Assembly (NCBI RefSeq): GCF_009914755.1
Contig: NC_060939.1
DNA: 64,000 bases
Direction: 5' to 3' (one strand)
Origin: the human T2T-CHM13v2.0 reference genome, Homo sapiens
How positions within the stretch are numbered: position 1 is the first letter of the stretch; each line of letters begins with the position of its first letter. Both the position numbers and the translations under genes were made by a program. The notes below the pieces were generated by a model. That model ran no database searches, was not told the DNA's origin, and saw only the letters and a program-made list of their open reading frames with translations. This document shows, in pieces, positions 1 to 12,785 of this stretch.

Positions 1-457
1 GTGCGTAGCTGGAGGGGACTGATTTGACCCAGCGCTCTCCTAACTTGGGTGTGGAACAGCTCTCCCTGTTTGAATGGCAACGAGCTTGCAGAAGTCATCC
101 TGCAGGAGGCCCCAAGAGGAGATATGGGCTTCTTGCAGCCCCTGCACTGGGGCAGAGCTGAGGGCTTTTGCCCCTGACTTGGTGGGACAGATCTTGTCAT
201 GCATGTGAGGACTCAGTGAGGTCCTGGGCAATCAGGGAGGTGACGGGACCCTCTCATCCTTCTGATCTTGACTGCTTCTCGCCTCTGTCCAGCTCCTTGC
301 TAAAGCTCTATGCCCCATTCCTCTCTGTGGCCCCAACACATGAGCAAGTGTTGTCTGAAGGAAATTCTGCCCATTCTCTAGAAGGGGAACACCAAGGTTT
401 AGAGAGGGAAAGAGCCTGCTGGCCCAGAGACACACAGGGATTGCAGCCCCGACTCAC

Positions 458-3144
458 CATTGGCCACGATGCTGGATTTCTGGAGGATGGGATCTGTTAT
501 GTTTTGGGCCAAGTGATTAGCCAGGCCTTGGAGGTGGGTAGTGATGGGAGTCTGGAACTTGTATTCGATATAAACACCCACCCACTGGTCCGCATTGCTA
601 GAGAAGCACAAGGGGAGAGTGCAGAGGTCACAAGCTCTTTGCCAGCACGTTTCTAGAGCAGGTAGAGTCCCCCAAAATGCACACCCTCTGGCGTGGGGGC
701 CCCCTACCTTCTAGGCAGAGCTAGCTTACACAGCCAAGCTACAGCTACCTGGGGCAAAGTCCTTTCCCAGCTAGCCCCAAACCTACACCCCCACATCCTG
801 GTTCTGGGTCACAGAGCTGCCTCCCTCTGTCCCAGGGCAGCCCCCAAGAGAGCAGCAGGGCAGGCTGAGTGGATGGGAGGGGGACTCGACCCACCTGAAG
901 AGGAGCAGGGGCCTCTCCTGGGGACTCGCCTTGTAGAATCCTGACACCACCGGTGTGACCTGTGGGAAACCCTGGAGGTCAGGGCGGGCCTGGGAGCTGT
1001 ATCTCCTGAGACCCAGTGTGGGATGGGGACCAGGTGAGGTGGGAGGCAGGACCTGGGAGGGAGCGCACCCTTAAACACGGCGTCCTGGGTAGGAGTGTCT
1101 GCTTACAGAGCCTGGCTGTGTTCCCATTCGGACAGTCACCTCCTCCTTCAGAGAACCCTCTCCCCCAGGGTGCCCTCTATGACTGCCTTCCGCCATAGTG
1201 CCATGGCTGGGTGCTGCCTCCATGCTGGGAGGCCTGCTTCAAGGGAGGTATAGTGAGTGTCCTCACTATGCCACCTCACCTGTTGGAGGATCTGCCTTTC
1301 CAGCAGGACAAAGGAAACAGAACCCGGTACGAGGAGCTGCGGCAGGAAGGACCTCATGGCTGTGAAGCGGATGCTGATGGTCTCCCGGGCCAGGGTGATC
1401 AAGTCGGCCCCTGTAGAGCCATGGGTGAGAGTTCCGGAGGCGCCAAGACCCTCCTTGCCCACCGCACCACCAGGTGCTTCGGGGTCAGGGCAGAAGTTGG
1501 ATCCCTCCAGGAAGTCCACCCAGTGCTCCCCCTGGGCAGGTGAAAAGGCACTGCGGTAGGGGCGGCTGGGGATGGGACTCACCATCAGAGGTGAGGCTGT
1601 TCTCAGCCAATGAGAGGTTCCCCAGCATGTGCCCTGAGGTCTTCACTTTGCGATACAAAGCCCAGAGGAGTTCACAGGGAGAGGGGCCTGGGGCACGGCC
1701 CCCAAATACAAGGGAGGCGTTCACCGCTACAGAGCCAGGCCTGTGGGGGCAGAGCCACGTCCTCAGCCAGGGCCAGTGGGGGCATGAGGGGTCCTGTGCA
1801 CCCGGTGGGGGCCAGGCTGGTGCACGAGTTGGCATCCCAAGGGAGGGAAGTCCACAGGGGAAGTCATGGGTCACGCAGAGAAGAGCCTCCCTGTGTAACT
1901 CAAGGCAAGTCACCTCACCCGTCTGGGCCTTGGCTGCCTCCTCAGTAAAAGGGAGATAATGATCCCTTTCCCAGAGGATTGCTGTGAGGCCTGAATGACT
2001 CAGCCACCAGCATCCAAAGCAGGCACTCAGTGAAACTGAGTTCCCTTGGACACCCCAACAAGCCGGCTGTCATGGGAATACCATGAATCCCACCCAGGGA
2101 GCTCCCAGGGCAGGGTTACTCAGCCAGGCTGCAGCTGGCTGTGAGCTCTCAGGGTGATAATCTGGGTCACACTGAGAAAAACATCTTTGGCTGCATCACA
2201 AGGAGCAGGGGCTCTGGAGAGAGGGAGATGACAGGCCTGAAGAATCTCTGAAAGCCAGTGGGAGATGGACCAATTGCCCATGGCCTGAGGAGGTACCCTG
2301 GCCTCAGTAAGGCACTGAAGGAGCTTTCGGGGAGAGACCAGGAAACAAATAAGAATCCAGAATAACTTTTGTCCTTCCCCTGAGCACTTGCGTGCTGTGC
2401 ATCTTGGGGGTGGGGAGAGAAAACTTCTCTTCAGGCCCAGGGCAGGGAAGTCATAGAAGGCTTCCATTTATTAAAAGGGAAAACTGTCTGAGCAGCTCAG
2501 GAGCATGGCCTGGAGAGAGAGTGAGCTTCCTGTCACTGGGAGCATTTGAGCCTTTAAATTACTTACAGGATTCAAAGCCCACAGTGAGCTCACAACTCAA
2601 GTGGGGCTGCAGTGATTTGGACCTTCTCAGCCTTTCTCATGACATGGCAGGGCTGCTCTCCGCTGGCAAATATGGTCTCGGTCTCCCTCAACATCCTCTT
2701 CCCCCAGACGCTTAGAGTGGAGGGCCCTGCCCAAGGGATTTGCATCCCTTTGCATGTCATTTACAAGCCTGCTGCCCTTGCTGCCTCTGCCTTCCCCACT
2801 GCACTCAGACAATGCCTGATGTTCCTGCCCACATCCTGCAGCTGGAATCAGGGCTCAGGGCAGGCCAAAGGGCATATGAGGTCACACAGCATAGCCAGTG
2901 GCAGAATCAGACGTGGGCCTCCTCCCTGCCTGTCCAGGGCTCTTCCTGCCTCTGTCCCCAGGTGCTCCTGAACAGGGGGTGGGACGGGCAGAGCTAGGCA
3001 TCTGGGACAGTGCCTTTGTGGCTGAGAAGGGTCAGAGCAGCTGGTGGGTGATGGGTGGGCCCTGAGAGCCACGTGCACTCACCTGAAGACCAGGACACCG
3101 ATGCCCTGGAAGCCGGGGAAGGCCTCGTGGTAGAGGGGCTGGAG
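458..3144 (-). CDS. Trcg1-like SEA-domain exons (3144-3083, 1740-1583, 1410-1280, 959-895, 597-458)
   Basis: Five short exons with canonical splice sites, all open; FR|PGSVAV spans an exon junction as in mucin SEA domains. Confidence 0.85.
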
Positions 3145-3384
3145 CTGAGGATGGGCAGAGGCATGGAAGGCCGGCACGTGCCACCCCCCACCTTCCCTCC
3201 TGCCCTAACCCACCCCCTCTCTGACCCTACCACCTACCCTCGTCCACCCTCCATCATCTTGGCATGGTCCCTGCAATGGTCCCTCACGGACCACCTGGGA
3301 TTCCCAGGCCCCGCCCAAGCTGTTCCTCACACAGTGGCCAGAGATAACCTGCCAGTCATCCTCTGCTGAAAGCCTCAAGGTCTG

Positions 3385-3610
3385 TCTGGGCGTCGTGGCT
3401 CATGCCTGTAATCCCAACACTTTGGGAGGCTGAGGCGGGAGGATCGCTTGAGCCCAGGAGTTCAAGACCAGCCTGGGCAGCATGACGAAATCCCTTCTCT
3501 ACCAAAAATACCAAAATTAGCCCGGCATGGTAGTGTGTGCCTGTAGTCCCAGCTACTCGGGAAGCTGAGGTGGGAGGATGGTTTGAGCCCAGGAGGCAGA
3601 GGCTGCAGCA
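3385..3610 (+). mobile_element. Alu, 3'-truncated, followed by a probable L2 fragment to ~4240
   Basis: Alu consensus motifs; L2-like 3' end (ccagactgcaggctccctgagggcagg...gctcagttagtgg...aaatga). Confidence 0.8.
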
Positions 3611-4422
3611 AACACCCAGCCTTCCTAGGTTTTTTCCTCTCTGCCGTTTTCTTGAAAATCGCTCTCCAATGCAGTCATTCTCAGCTCTGCATTGGACAGC
3701 TGCCATGTTGGCCTGCCATCCAGACCTCTCTCACCTGGACGACTGCCCTGCTCCTAACAGGCCTCCCCTTCTCCCTCTCCCACCCCTGTTCCAAATGCTT
3801 CTCTTTACAGCCCCTCTCCCCGGTGTCCCTGTGCCTCTGCTGCCTCCAACCACCTCTTCACCTCAGGGTCATCACAGGTGCTGTTCTCTGCCTAGAAAGC
3901 CCCTCTGTGTTTCATCTGGCCACCTTCGGTGTCCCAGTTAAAATTCCCAGTTCTCAGAAAGGTGTGGTCTGGGCAGCCCCCTCTCCCCAGCAGCCCCCTC
4001 TCGCTGCTATCCTGTCTGCACTTCCCCTTTCCATAGCTTATCACAACTACGATGACATCTGGATTCATTTGATCACTCCTTGTAGGGCTGTCCTCTCCTC
4101 CAGACTGCAGGCTCCCTGAGGGCAGGGGCCATGCTTGCTTTGCTTACTGTGGTGTTCCCAGCACTTAGCACCATACCTGGTACCGTAGGTGCTCAGTTAG
4201 TGGTAGGAAGAAATGAGTTAGTTGACTAAATGAAGGGATGAACTAATAAATTAATGGACAGAGACTCAGAGTTCCCCCTGGATGCCAGTCAAGAAATGGC
4301 ACTTGCTGGCTAGGGCACCCATGGTTCCAGAACCAAGGCGGAGGCGGATTTGGTTTTGGCTGCAGGAACTCTGCCTCGCTTTGCCTTACTGGCCACCTGC
4401 ACGCTGGAGGAGGGGCCCTCAC

Positions 4423-6050
4423 CTGGTGGTGGATGATCTTACGCAGCAGCTGGTGCTTCCAGGAGGCAGGGTTCAAGAGTGCAGCCGAGAAGGCTTCATT
4501 GGTGATTGTGAAGGTCACGGAGCGCGTCATGTGACTGGGTCCTGGGGTAGAGGAGACTGAGTCCTGGAATGAGAAGGTCTGGCTGCGATAAGGCAGGGCG
4601 GAAGACTGGATGGGGTCAGCACCCCCAGGGACCCTTGGGGAGCTGGGGCTGGGTGGGGCAGAGGGAAGGCGGGAGGAACATCTGAGAGGGAGGGTGGCTG
4701 TGGTGGCTGGGCTGGCAGGGACCCCTGGCCCAGGCTGGACTGTCCCCTGAAGTGTGGCTGGCTCTGCAACCATCAAGGGTGGTAGGGTGGGTGGGAGGCT
4801 GGAGGATCAGTGGGAGAATCTGTGCTTGTGTGTGGGAATAGACACAGAAGGGTCTGCAGAGGTTCTGGCTCTAGTACTTACAGGGGAAACTGGGGCCAGG
4901 ATTGGGGATAGTGATGCAGTTGGTGACTGAAATGGCCATTGTGGTGGGGAAAGTGACAGTGACAGCGACAAAGATGGAACAATGTGTAGTGGGGACGAGG
5001 ACGGGGCCAACACAGGTGAGAGGCATGGGGAGAAGGACAGTGATGGCTGTGAAGGTGGTGCTGCTGAGGGCGATGGCAACGTCAAAGGAACACTGGGCCC
5101 CGGGCCCCGGCTGGAAGCCACAGCCTCTCTGGGTGACCCTGAATCCCCTATGAGGACTGGGGAGGGACCTACAGGGGTAAGAGGCTCTGTGACAGCCAAC
5201 GTGTTAACGATCGACGCAAGCACAAATGGGCTGGGGGGTTCTGAGGACACAGCCTTCCCCGTGGTCCCTGGAGCCAATGTCAGCGATGAGGAGGCTTCTG
5301 GGCCAAAGCTGCTAGCCCCTGACGCAGGCAGCATCCAGGCATGGGGACTGAAGGTGTGCCTGCTTGGGAGCCAGGGCATCCGCGGTGGGGATCCCAATAT
5401 GGGTGCAGAGGTGGTGGGGGCAGAGGATGTTCCAGATGGCTGCTGGGTAGGTCTGGGGGTGCCAGAGGTCCTCAGGGTTGCAGGGGCAAGAGCATGAATT
5501 GTCACAGACAACTCAGGGGCCTCACTGGACTTTTGCCCAGACCCGAGATACCTTGGGCCAAGAGAAGCTGATGGTGGTAATGGGGCAGCAATCTCTGGAG
5601 ATCCAGGGACCAACATCTCCTCTGCAGGTCCAGCCACAGATCCAGACACAAGTCCGGCCACAGAGGACACTGGCTGGGATTCAGGGGTTCTGTGGGCTGT
5701 GGGCCAGGCCAGTGCTGATGGGGCTGGTCCAGGTGGGGCCCTGCCTGGGACCCCAGCAGTTCCTGAAGGGACAGCCTGGTCCGAGGAGGAATCCAAAGAC
5801 AAGGCGAGAGGAGCTTCCTGGTCCCCAGATACCTCGGGAGAGAGGGCTTCTGCCCTTGTGCTAGGAGCCTCCCCTTTCCTCTCCGCTGAGAGAGAGACTC
5901 CATCAACGATGGCTGGCAGGATGTTCAGTGACAGGAGTGTCTTCTTGCTGTTGCCTTGCAAAGCGGACGTGCCAGGGGCTGAGGGAGGCCAGCCGGGGTC
6001 TTTGTGAGTAGAAGGAAGGTTCAGGGCGGAAGCTGAGACCATCCAGAGAG
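4423..6050 (-). CDS. Trcg1-like large exon (mucin-like stalk and start of SEA1), interrupted by TGA 4807-4809
   Basis: Acceptor ctcctgtttgcag|CT, donor CAG|gtgagg, 1628 nt. ORFs 4807..6474 and 4243..4776 lie in the same frame on either side of the stop. Confidence 0.8.
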
Positions 6051-6836
6051 CTGCAAACAGGAGATGCCTGTTCTGCCTGCCACCCGGGGGACTGGGGGGT
6101 GGGACTGCCCACAGCCTGTCAGATGCCACACCTTCCCTGCCACCTCCCTCGTTTGGGAAGGGGCCTGCGGAGATCCAAACCCTGGCCCAGCTCCGGCCCC
6201 AAACCACTGAGCTACCCCAGGAAAACATGCTGATCCTAACCCACCAGAGCTGAGGGAAGCAGGAGGGGACACTGACACTCCTCAAGGACCCCTCCCTGTG
6301 CCTCCCACCCCAACACCACCCATCGCAGGGTCCCTCCCCAAGGGCCTCAAGAGCTCCCCAGGGCGATGCTGTCTCCAGGCTGGGGGCCCTGGACTGTTCT
6401 GTTTGAATGACCTGTGAGGTCCACGCCAGCCTGAGGGTGCCAGGAAGTGCTGCCCAATCCTCATCATAAGACAAGGCTGTTGCCTTATCACATCCTCAGA
6501 ACACAGCAGGCTGACAGCTGGACCTTAAAGTATTTTGTGGGGAGGGCGGGGGCCATCTCTGAAAGCCCTGGGGGCTAATTCCACACCTACCTACAAGTGT
6601 ACACTGAGATCCATGCGGGGTCTGCCCTGTGCCAGGCTCCCCAAAGCTGGTCACCCTGAGTGCCCTCTGGGAGCCCCAAGCCTGGGGGACTGAGGAGTGG
6701 ACCCTGGCCATGTCTTGGTATCCCCCAGGCTGTTCATGGCCAGACCCACATGAGGACAATGAAGGCCAAGCCAGATGTGGAAATTGATTGAGAAAGAGGA
6801 CCCCTGGTCCAGGCCCAGCCCACCCTAATCCCTTAC

Positions 6837-6879
6837 CAGCCAGGAGAATCCCAGCAGCCAGAAGCCACTGCACGCCCAT
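6837..6879 (-). CDS. Trcg1-like first coding exon (signal peptide MGVQWLLAAGILLA)
   Basis: ATG at 6879, hydrophobic run, donor G|gtaagg; its phase 1 matches the acceptor at 6050. Confidence 0.8.
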
Positions 6880-7939
6880 GCTGAAGGCTCTCAAGGCTTC
6901 TAAGGCTTCAGAAGCAGGTGGCAAACACGAAGACACTCTCGAATTTCCCTTCAAGAAAGGACTGATGTTGCCCAGCCTTTCCCACATTTCCACCCCTGTG
7001 GCTGGGGGTGCAAGCCTGGCTGCCCTAACTCGCCGGGTGCCCTTCAGCAAAGCCCTTGACCTCTGGGGCTGCAGAGTCTTGAATGGGGGCAGCCTGTGCC
7101 TGCCCCACAGCCTGGGAGGTTATGGGCCTGAAAACACATTGAGGAGGAGTTCAGAGTCCTATCCAGTCTTCAAATGGAGGTGGTGACCATGCCGGTGATG
7201 GGGGTATGAGTGTGGGTTTGGGTGTGATGTGGAATGACTGTGGTGAGTGTAGTTGTGAGGACAGTGGCTGCAGGGATGCTGGAGGTGCTGATTGTGGCTG
7301 TGGTGGGAGCTCTATGTCCAGGTGGTATGGAGCTCGCTGGGGAGGGGTTGGTCCATGTCCCATCCCCTGGCCAGCTCCTGTCCCAGTTTGGTCCTGCTCC
7401 TATTCCATCGGGCTGCGTGGGGGTTTGGAGAGGGGAAGATCAGAAGAGAATAGTCCTCCTCCTGCAGTGCTTTTCCCGTGTGGAATCCTGATCAGAGCCC
7501 TGGACTGGGCAGGGTGAGTGTGGAGGTGGGCGCACCTGGATAGAACCATCCTTCTCGGGTCCCCTGCGCATTCCTCTCATGCCCCTGCCCCCTCCCCAGC
7601 CTCTGACACAGGAGAGGGCCATGGCAGCCCTAAGAGGCTTAGAGAGCTGCCAAAGGACAGGCAGGGTGGGAGGCTGGCGCCTCGTGGGATGGCTCAGGTC
7701 TCAGATCTAGCCTCCCACCCCACCTGCTGGGGTCCTGGGGAGTTTCCAAAGCCTCTCCCACCAGGCTCCTGGTGTCTGTGTGACCCTGCCATGATTTGTC
7801 CCAGGTCACCAGAGCCTCCTCTGGTGGGAAGATAATGGCTGGAAACCTTCAATAGGAAATCAGACCTGGAGAGGGCCTTGGCCAGACTCCTGTCCTCCCC
7901 ACCCAGCTCCTTCTACCTGGATACCCCTTCCCCCATCTC

Positions 7940-8695
7940 CTGGGTCCTCATCTCCTGTCCCCTCCAGATCAGGCTGGCTGGAGCCAAAGCTGGGGGGCAG
8001 GGCTGTCTCCCCTCCCCGTTGGAGCTATTTTCCAAGGGTTGGGGAAAGCAATCCTCCACAACCCACCCCTCCACCGCAAGGCCTGTAACCCAGGCTGTAC
8101 ACACCTCCCAAAGCAGCCCCTCTTCCTCCCAGTTCACCACAACTCATCTGTTTGGAAACCTTGCATCCTCCGCTGTTTCCTGGCTCCTCTGGGAGAAGCT
8201 GTTAAGGGGCCAGCCTGGCCAGGTCGGGGTGGGGACGGATGGCTTCCCAACGACAGGGAGGGAGGCTTGGGCCTTTGGCAACTTCTACCTCGAGTCCTGG
8301 TTTCATTGGCCCCATTCTCCCCCAAGCCCTTCCACAGGCCACCCATCTAGGGGCCCGTGACCCCATCTCCAGGCCAGCCAACCCACTCTAGCACCCCCAT
8401 TCTGCCTCCCTTCCCTGTGCCCCCAGGATGCCCAGGTCTCACCTGGTGGACCTGGTGCTGCTGAGAAGCCTCTGTCTGTGGAGGCGCTGGTGTCCCACAG
8501 AGGCAGGGTGAAAGCAGCATCAGCACCCTCTGCCCAACCCCTGCTGGGCCTGGAAGGGCCACCCCTTTCCCTGGCACACTCAGGGCCAGGAAGATCTGCT
8601 CTCTGATGGCTCTGCCCACACCCTAGGACACTGGGTCCTCATCTCCTGTACCCTCCAGATCAGGCCGGCTGGAGCCAAAGCTGGGGGGCAGGGCT
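7940..8695. repeat. 65-bp dispersed direct repeat (7940-8004 and 8631-8695)
   Basis: ctgggtcctcatctcctgt(c/a)ccctccagatcaggc(t/c)ggctggagccaaagctggggggcagggct; two mismatches. Confidence 0.9.
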
Positions 8696-11347
8696 CTGGC
8701 ATTGCTGGGCCTCTGCCGAGAGTCTGTCAGTGCTGAGGCCTGCTTGGCAACAGTGGGGAAAGCAGCAGCTCCCTGGGACATGATGAGTGATAAGGGACAG
8801 AAACACACCTGAAGGCCATTCCATGCCATCGGGCAGAGGGCTCAGGATCCAGGAGTGGGGAGGTGATGCAGGAAGCCAGGCACACGCTCCCTTTTCCCAC
8901 CAACACCCTGTCCTGACCAAGGACAATTTTGGAGAAAACTCAACCAAGAACTGGAGATCCAGGCTCTCTGTGGGCCAGGGTCAGGGTTCAGTCTATGTCT
9001 AAGATCAGGGCTCAGAGAATGGCCAGGATCAGGGCTGAGTCTGTGACAAGTGTCAGGGCTCAGTGTGGGGTCAGGGGTAGGCGAGTCTGGAATTTGAATG
9101 CTTGCCAGGCTAGACCTAGGCTCTCTCTCACACTGTTCTTCCCCTGCCCTACCCTCTCATCAGAGGGCATCTGAAGACCTGAAATAACCCATCCTGATAC
9201 CTGAAATAAATTGGATGGGAACTCTGGCCTCACATCAATAAATGTTTCAACAATAATACTTTGAAAACAGCCACAGTGTCCAGGACAGGATGGGGGTTGG
9301 GCCCCGAGGGTTGGGTGATATTCCTTCTGTCATGAGCCAGCTTCAGCCCCCTGGGCCAGGGCCTCCCTGGCCCTCTAGTCCACGACAGCATTCCCCTTCT
9401 CCTCTGAGCTCCAGAGCCTTGCTAGGCCTGCAGTCCAGGTGCAGTTACACCCTGCTGTTCCATGGTAGAGTCCTGCCCCTCTCCACACCCCTCCATGCGC
9501 CTCCCTGCACAGCTGAGCACAGAGGGGACCCTTCTCCCACTGACCGTTCAGGGCCGTGGCTTCCCAGCTGCTCCATTCCACTTGGCTCCCTGGGGCAGGA
9601 GGAGGGGGCTGCACGAGGCTCATCCTGTATCCCTCCTCCAGGGCCAGAGGAGGGGCTGTGTGGAACCCCAAAGGGTCCTGGAGAGTAGTGGGGGGCAGCG
9701 GGCAAGGTGGGGCCCCAAGGGGAGGAGCAGAACAGAAGCAGGTCACTCGGGGGCTGAGCCAGGAAGACATTTGCCTAGACAAACGGGCCATGGGGCCAGC
9801 AGATGATGCACTTTGCCTGTGTACCTTCCAGGGCAGGCTTCCCTAGCTGCAGGGATGGGGGGCCAGGCTGGCCTGCTCTTTCCTGCCTCCCAGCCCAAGC
9901 TCCGGTGGAGGCGGGGCGGCATTCCATCTTACTCTCCTGTGTGGCCCTTGGCAAGTGCCTGCCAGATCCAGACCTTAATCTCCTATCTGTTACCTTACTC
10001 ATCAGAGAGAAGTGCTCTGAAGGTCTGGGGGCCCAGGCCCCTTGATCAGGACAGAACTTGGGGCTCACAGGAAGAACAGGGAAGAAAGGGTTGGGGAACC
10101 TGGGACCCTGCACATCGTCTGCAAATTCTGAATTCTCCATGTGGCATTCAAGGCCTCGGTGCTTCAGCTGCAGCCTGCCTTGCTGACCTCAGTCCTGGGG
10201 CTGGGTGGACCAGGAAGTGCTCACAGTCCCATCTCTCCCCCATCCCTCTGGTCACATGCCAGAGCCCTCCAGTTCCCTCCCTAACCCAGGGACCCAGTCA
10301 AGGCTCTCTGAGGGCCTGGGAAGGGTCTTGGGTTTACAGCCCTGCTCACTGCCTCATCACCCAGATATCGAGAATGGATGTCACACACATCTTCCAAGCA
10401 GGTTGACAGGATCGGAATTGGTCTGTGAGCCACTGTTGGGGGCAGGGATGAGTGGATGTCCCCGCTGAACGAGGCAGACTACCTGCCTCCCTGCCCAGCC
10501 TTAGTCCCACTGGCTGCCTGTCCCTTCTCCCTGGGAATAATGGTGTCCCAGGCAGGAAACTCGGCCCCAAAACCAAGACTTTCCCTTTATCTCCAAAGGC
10601 ACTTCTTCCTGGTCAGGGCCCTGACACCCAATGTCACTCACTCCTCCTGAGCTCTCAGGCCAGGCTGGTATCTGTCCTGCTAGAGCCTCTGCCTGGATCC
10701 TCTATGCATGGTGTTGAAAGATCATTTTTTTAAGAAAGGAAAATCTTGATTCTCATATAGATAAAAATTGAACATATGTAAAAGATTGTATTTAACTCAT
10801 TATTAACGAGGGAACCTGGAGATGTTACAACCAGTTCAAAGGAGAAGTCAAAGAAGCATATATTTATATGGAGTCAAGGAATGTTGAAATAAATTTACAA
10901 ACAGATATATAAAGCTGGCTTTTTTACTTGGGGGAGGGAGTCAATTTAACCTCCACTGGACCATTTACTTGCATGATTATAGAGATGAATGATTTTGCAT
11001 TGCGATCTGTCATCTGCAAGGTACAGAGTTGTAAAACAGCTAGAAGGCAATGAAGGGCTAGAATCATTAGTCAGAAGGGTGGGCTCTAATTGAAACAATG
11101 CAGTTTTCCATTGGAGACATCCAATAATGTTTTTTTCTTATTCCAAATTTTCTTACAGTGGTCTGTCTCTCTGAGCTGTGGGGCAGAAGAAGAGGGACTT
11201 AGGAAGTATTGGAGATGTCAGGGCAGGCTTCCTCGAGGAAGAGAAGACAAGGGAGGAGAGGAGAGGGACTAGCAGAGATCACTAGTTGTCCCCAAGTAAT
11301 CCTCTTATTAAAATAATTAATTGGGAGCATGACTGAGGTGGCTATAG

Positions 11348-11851
<504 letters not shown>

Positions 11852-12016
11852 ATTAAGGCCACTGCTCCACTTTAACCAATCAAATGTTTTCTTTGCCTTG
11901 CTTTTGTGTGCACCTTATACAAGCTTTCCCCTCGAGCTCCAAACCACTCGCTGTCTGGCACTGCCTGATTCTTGAATCACTGTCTGCTCCAACTCCTAAA
12001 ATTCTAAGTGCTTAGG

Positions 12017-12018
12017 TC

Positions 12019-12088
<70 letters not shown>

Positions 12089-12139
12089 CCTCCCTCCCTC
12101 CCTCCCTCCCTCTCTCTCTCCCCTCCCTCCCTCCCTCCC

Positions 12140-12201
<62 letters not shown>

Positions 12202-12202
12202 T
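12017..12202. repeat. (CT)n/(CCCT)n/(CTTT)n polypyrimidine tract (expanded Alu tail)
   Basis: ~185 nt of pure pyrimidine adjoining a minus-strand Alu. Confidence 0.95.
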
Positions 12203-12204
12203 GA

Positions 12205-12411
<207 letters not shown>

Positions 12412-12519
12412 TGACCTCAAAGCGATCTGCCTGCCTCAGCCTCCCAAAGTGCTGGGATTATAGGCATGAGCCACTGTGCCTGGCCAGGTTTATCTTTTAA
12501 CACATCCTTAATTAGTAAC

Positions 12520-12785
12520 AGTGTTCCTGCTTTTTAACTGGGCACATGGTGCTCCAGAATAAAGACTATATTCCCCAGCCTCCCTTGTAGGTCGGTGTGC
12601 CTGTGTGACGCAGTTCTAGCCAATAGGATAAAGTGTCATGAGGCTGTAAGTGCACTAGACATCCTTGTTAAGTCACCTTACCAATTGTGAACTGCCACCT
12701 TCAGACTTGTGTTGGTGTGAGAGAGAAATAAACTTCTCTCTCATTTGAGCCACTATTATTTGGGGCTTTCTGTTCTTCCCTGTCC
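12520..12785 (+). mobile_element. MLT1-like (MaLR) LTR fragment
   Basis: ttctagccaataggat...gagagaaataaacttctctctcatttgagccact...ggggctttctgtt. Confidence 0.55.

Larger units (their letters stand above)
458..6879 (-). pseudogene. TRCG1P: Trcg1-like signal-peptide/mucin-stalk/SEA-domain gene with one in-frame nonsense codon; 3' exons lie beyond the left edge
   Basis: Coding exons 6879-6837, 6050-4423, 3144-3083, 1740-1583, 1410-1280, 959-895 and 597-458 have canonical GT/AG junctions and compatible phases (1,0,2,1,0,2,1). Protein: MGVQWLLAAGILLAALWMVSASA (signal-like), PST-rich stalk, SEA1 (RSVTFTITNEAF...LQPLYHEAFPGFQGIGVLVFRPGSVAVNASLVF), SEA2 (ETISIRFTAMRSFLPQLL...WVGVYIEYKFQTPI). In-frame TGA at 4807-4809. 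Resembles rodent Trcg1 as recalled. Confidence 0.85.

Noticed and set aside
2120-2215. Possible extra Trcg1-like exon
   Set aside because: Stops or incompatible phase; exons 3083 and 1740 join cleanly without it
4807-4809. TGA as selenocysteine
   Set aside because: Low-complexity stalk context, and no 3'UTR or SECIS visible in the window
6051-6474. N-terminal ~141 aa of the 555-aa ORF and most of ORF 6496..7050
   Set aside because: Non-ATG starts and atypical composition; the splice model places them in intron or upstream sequence
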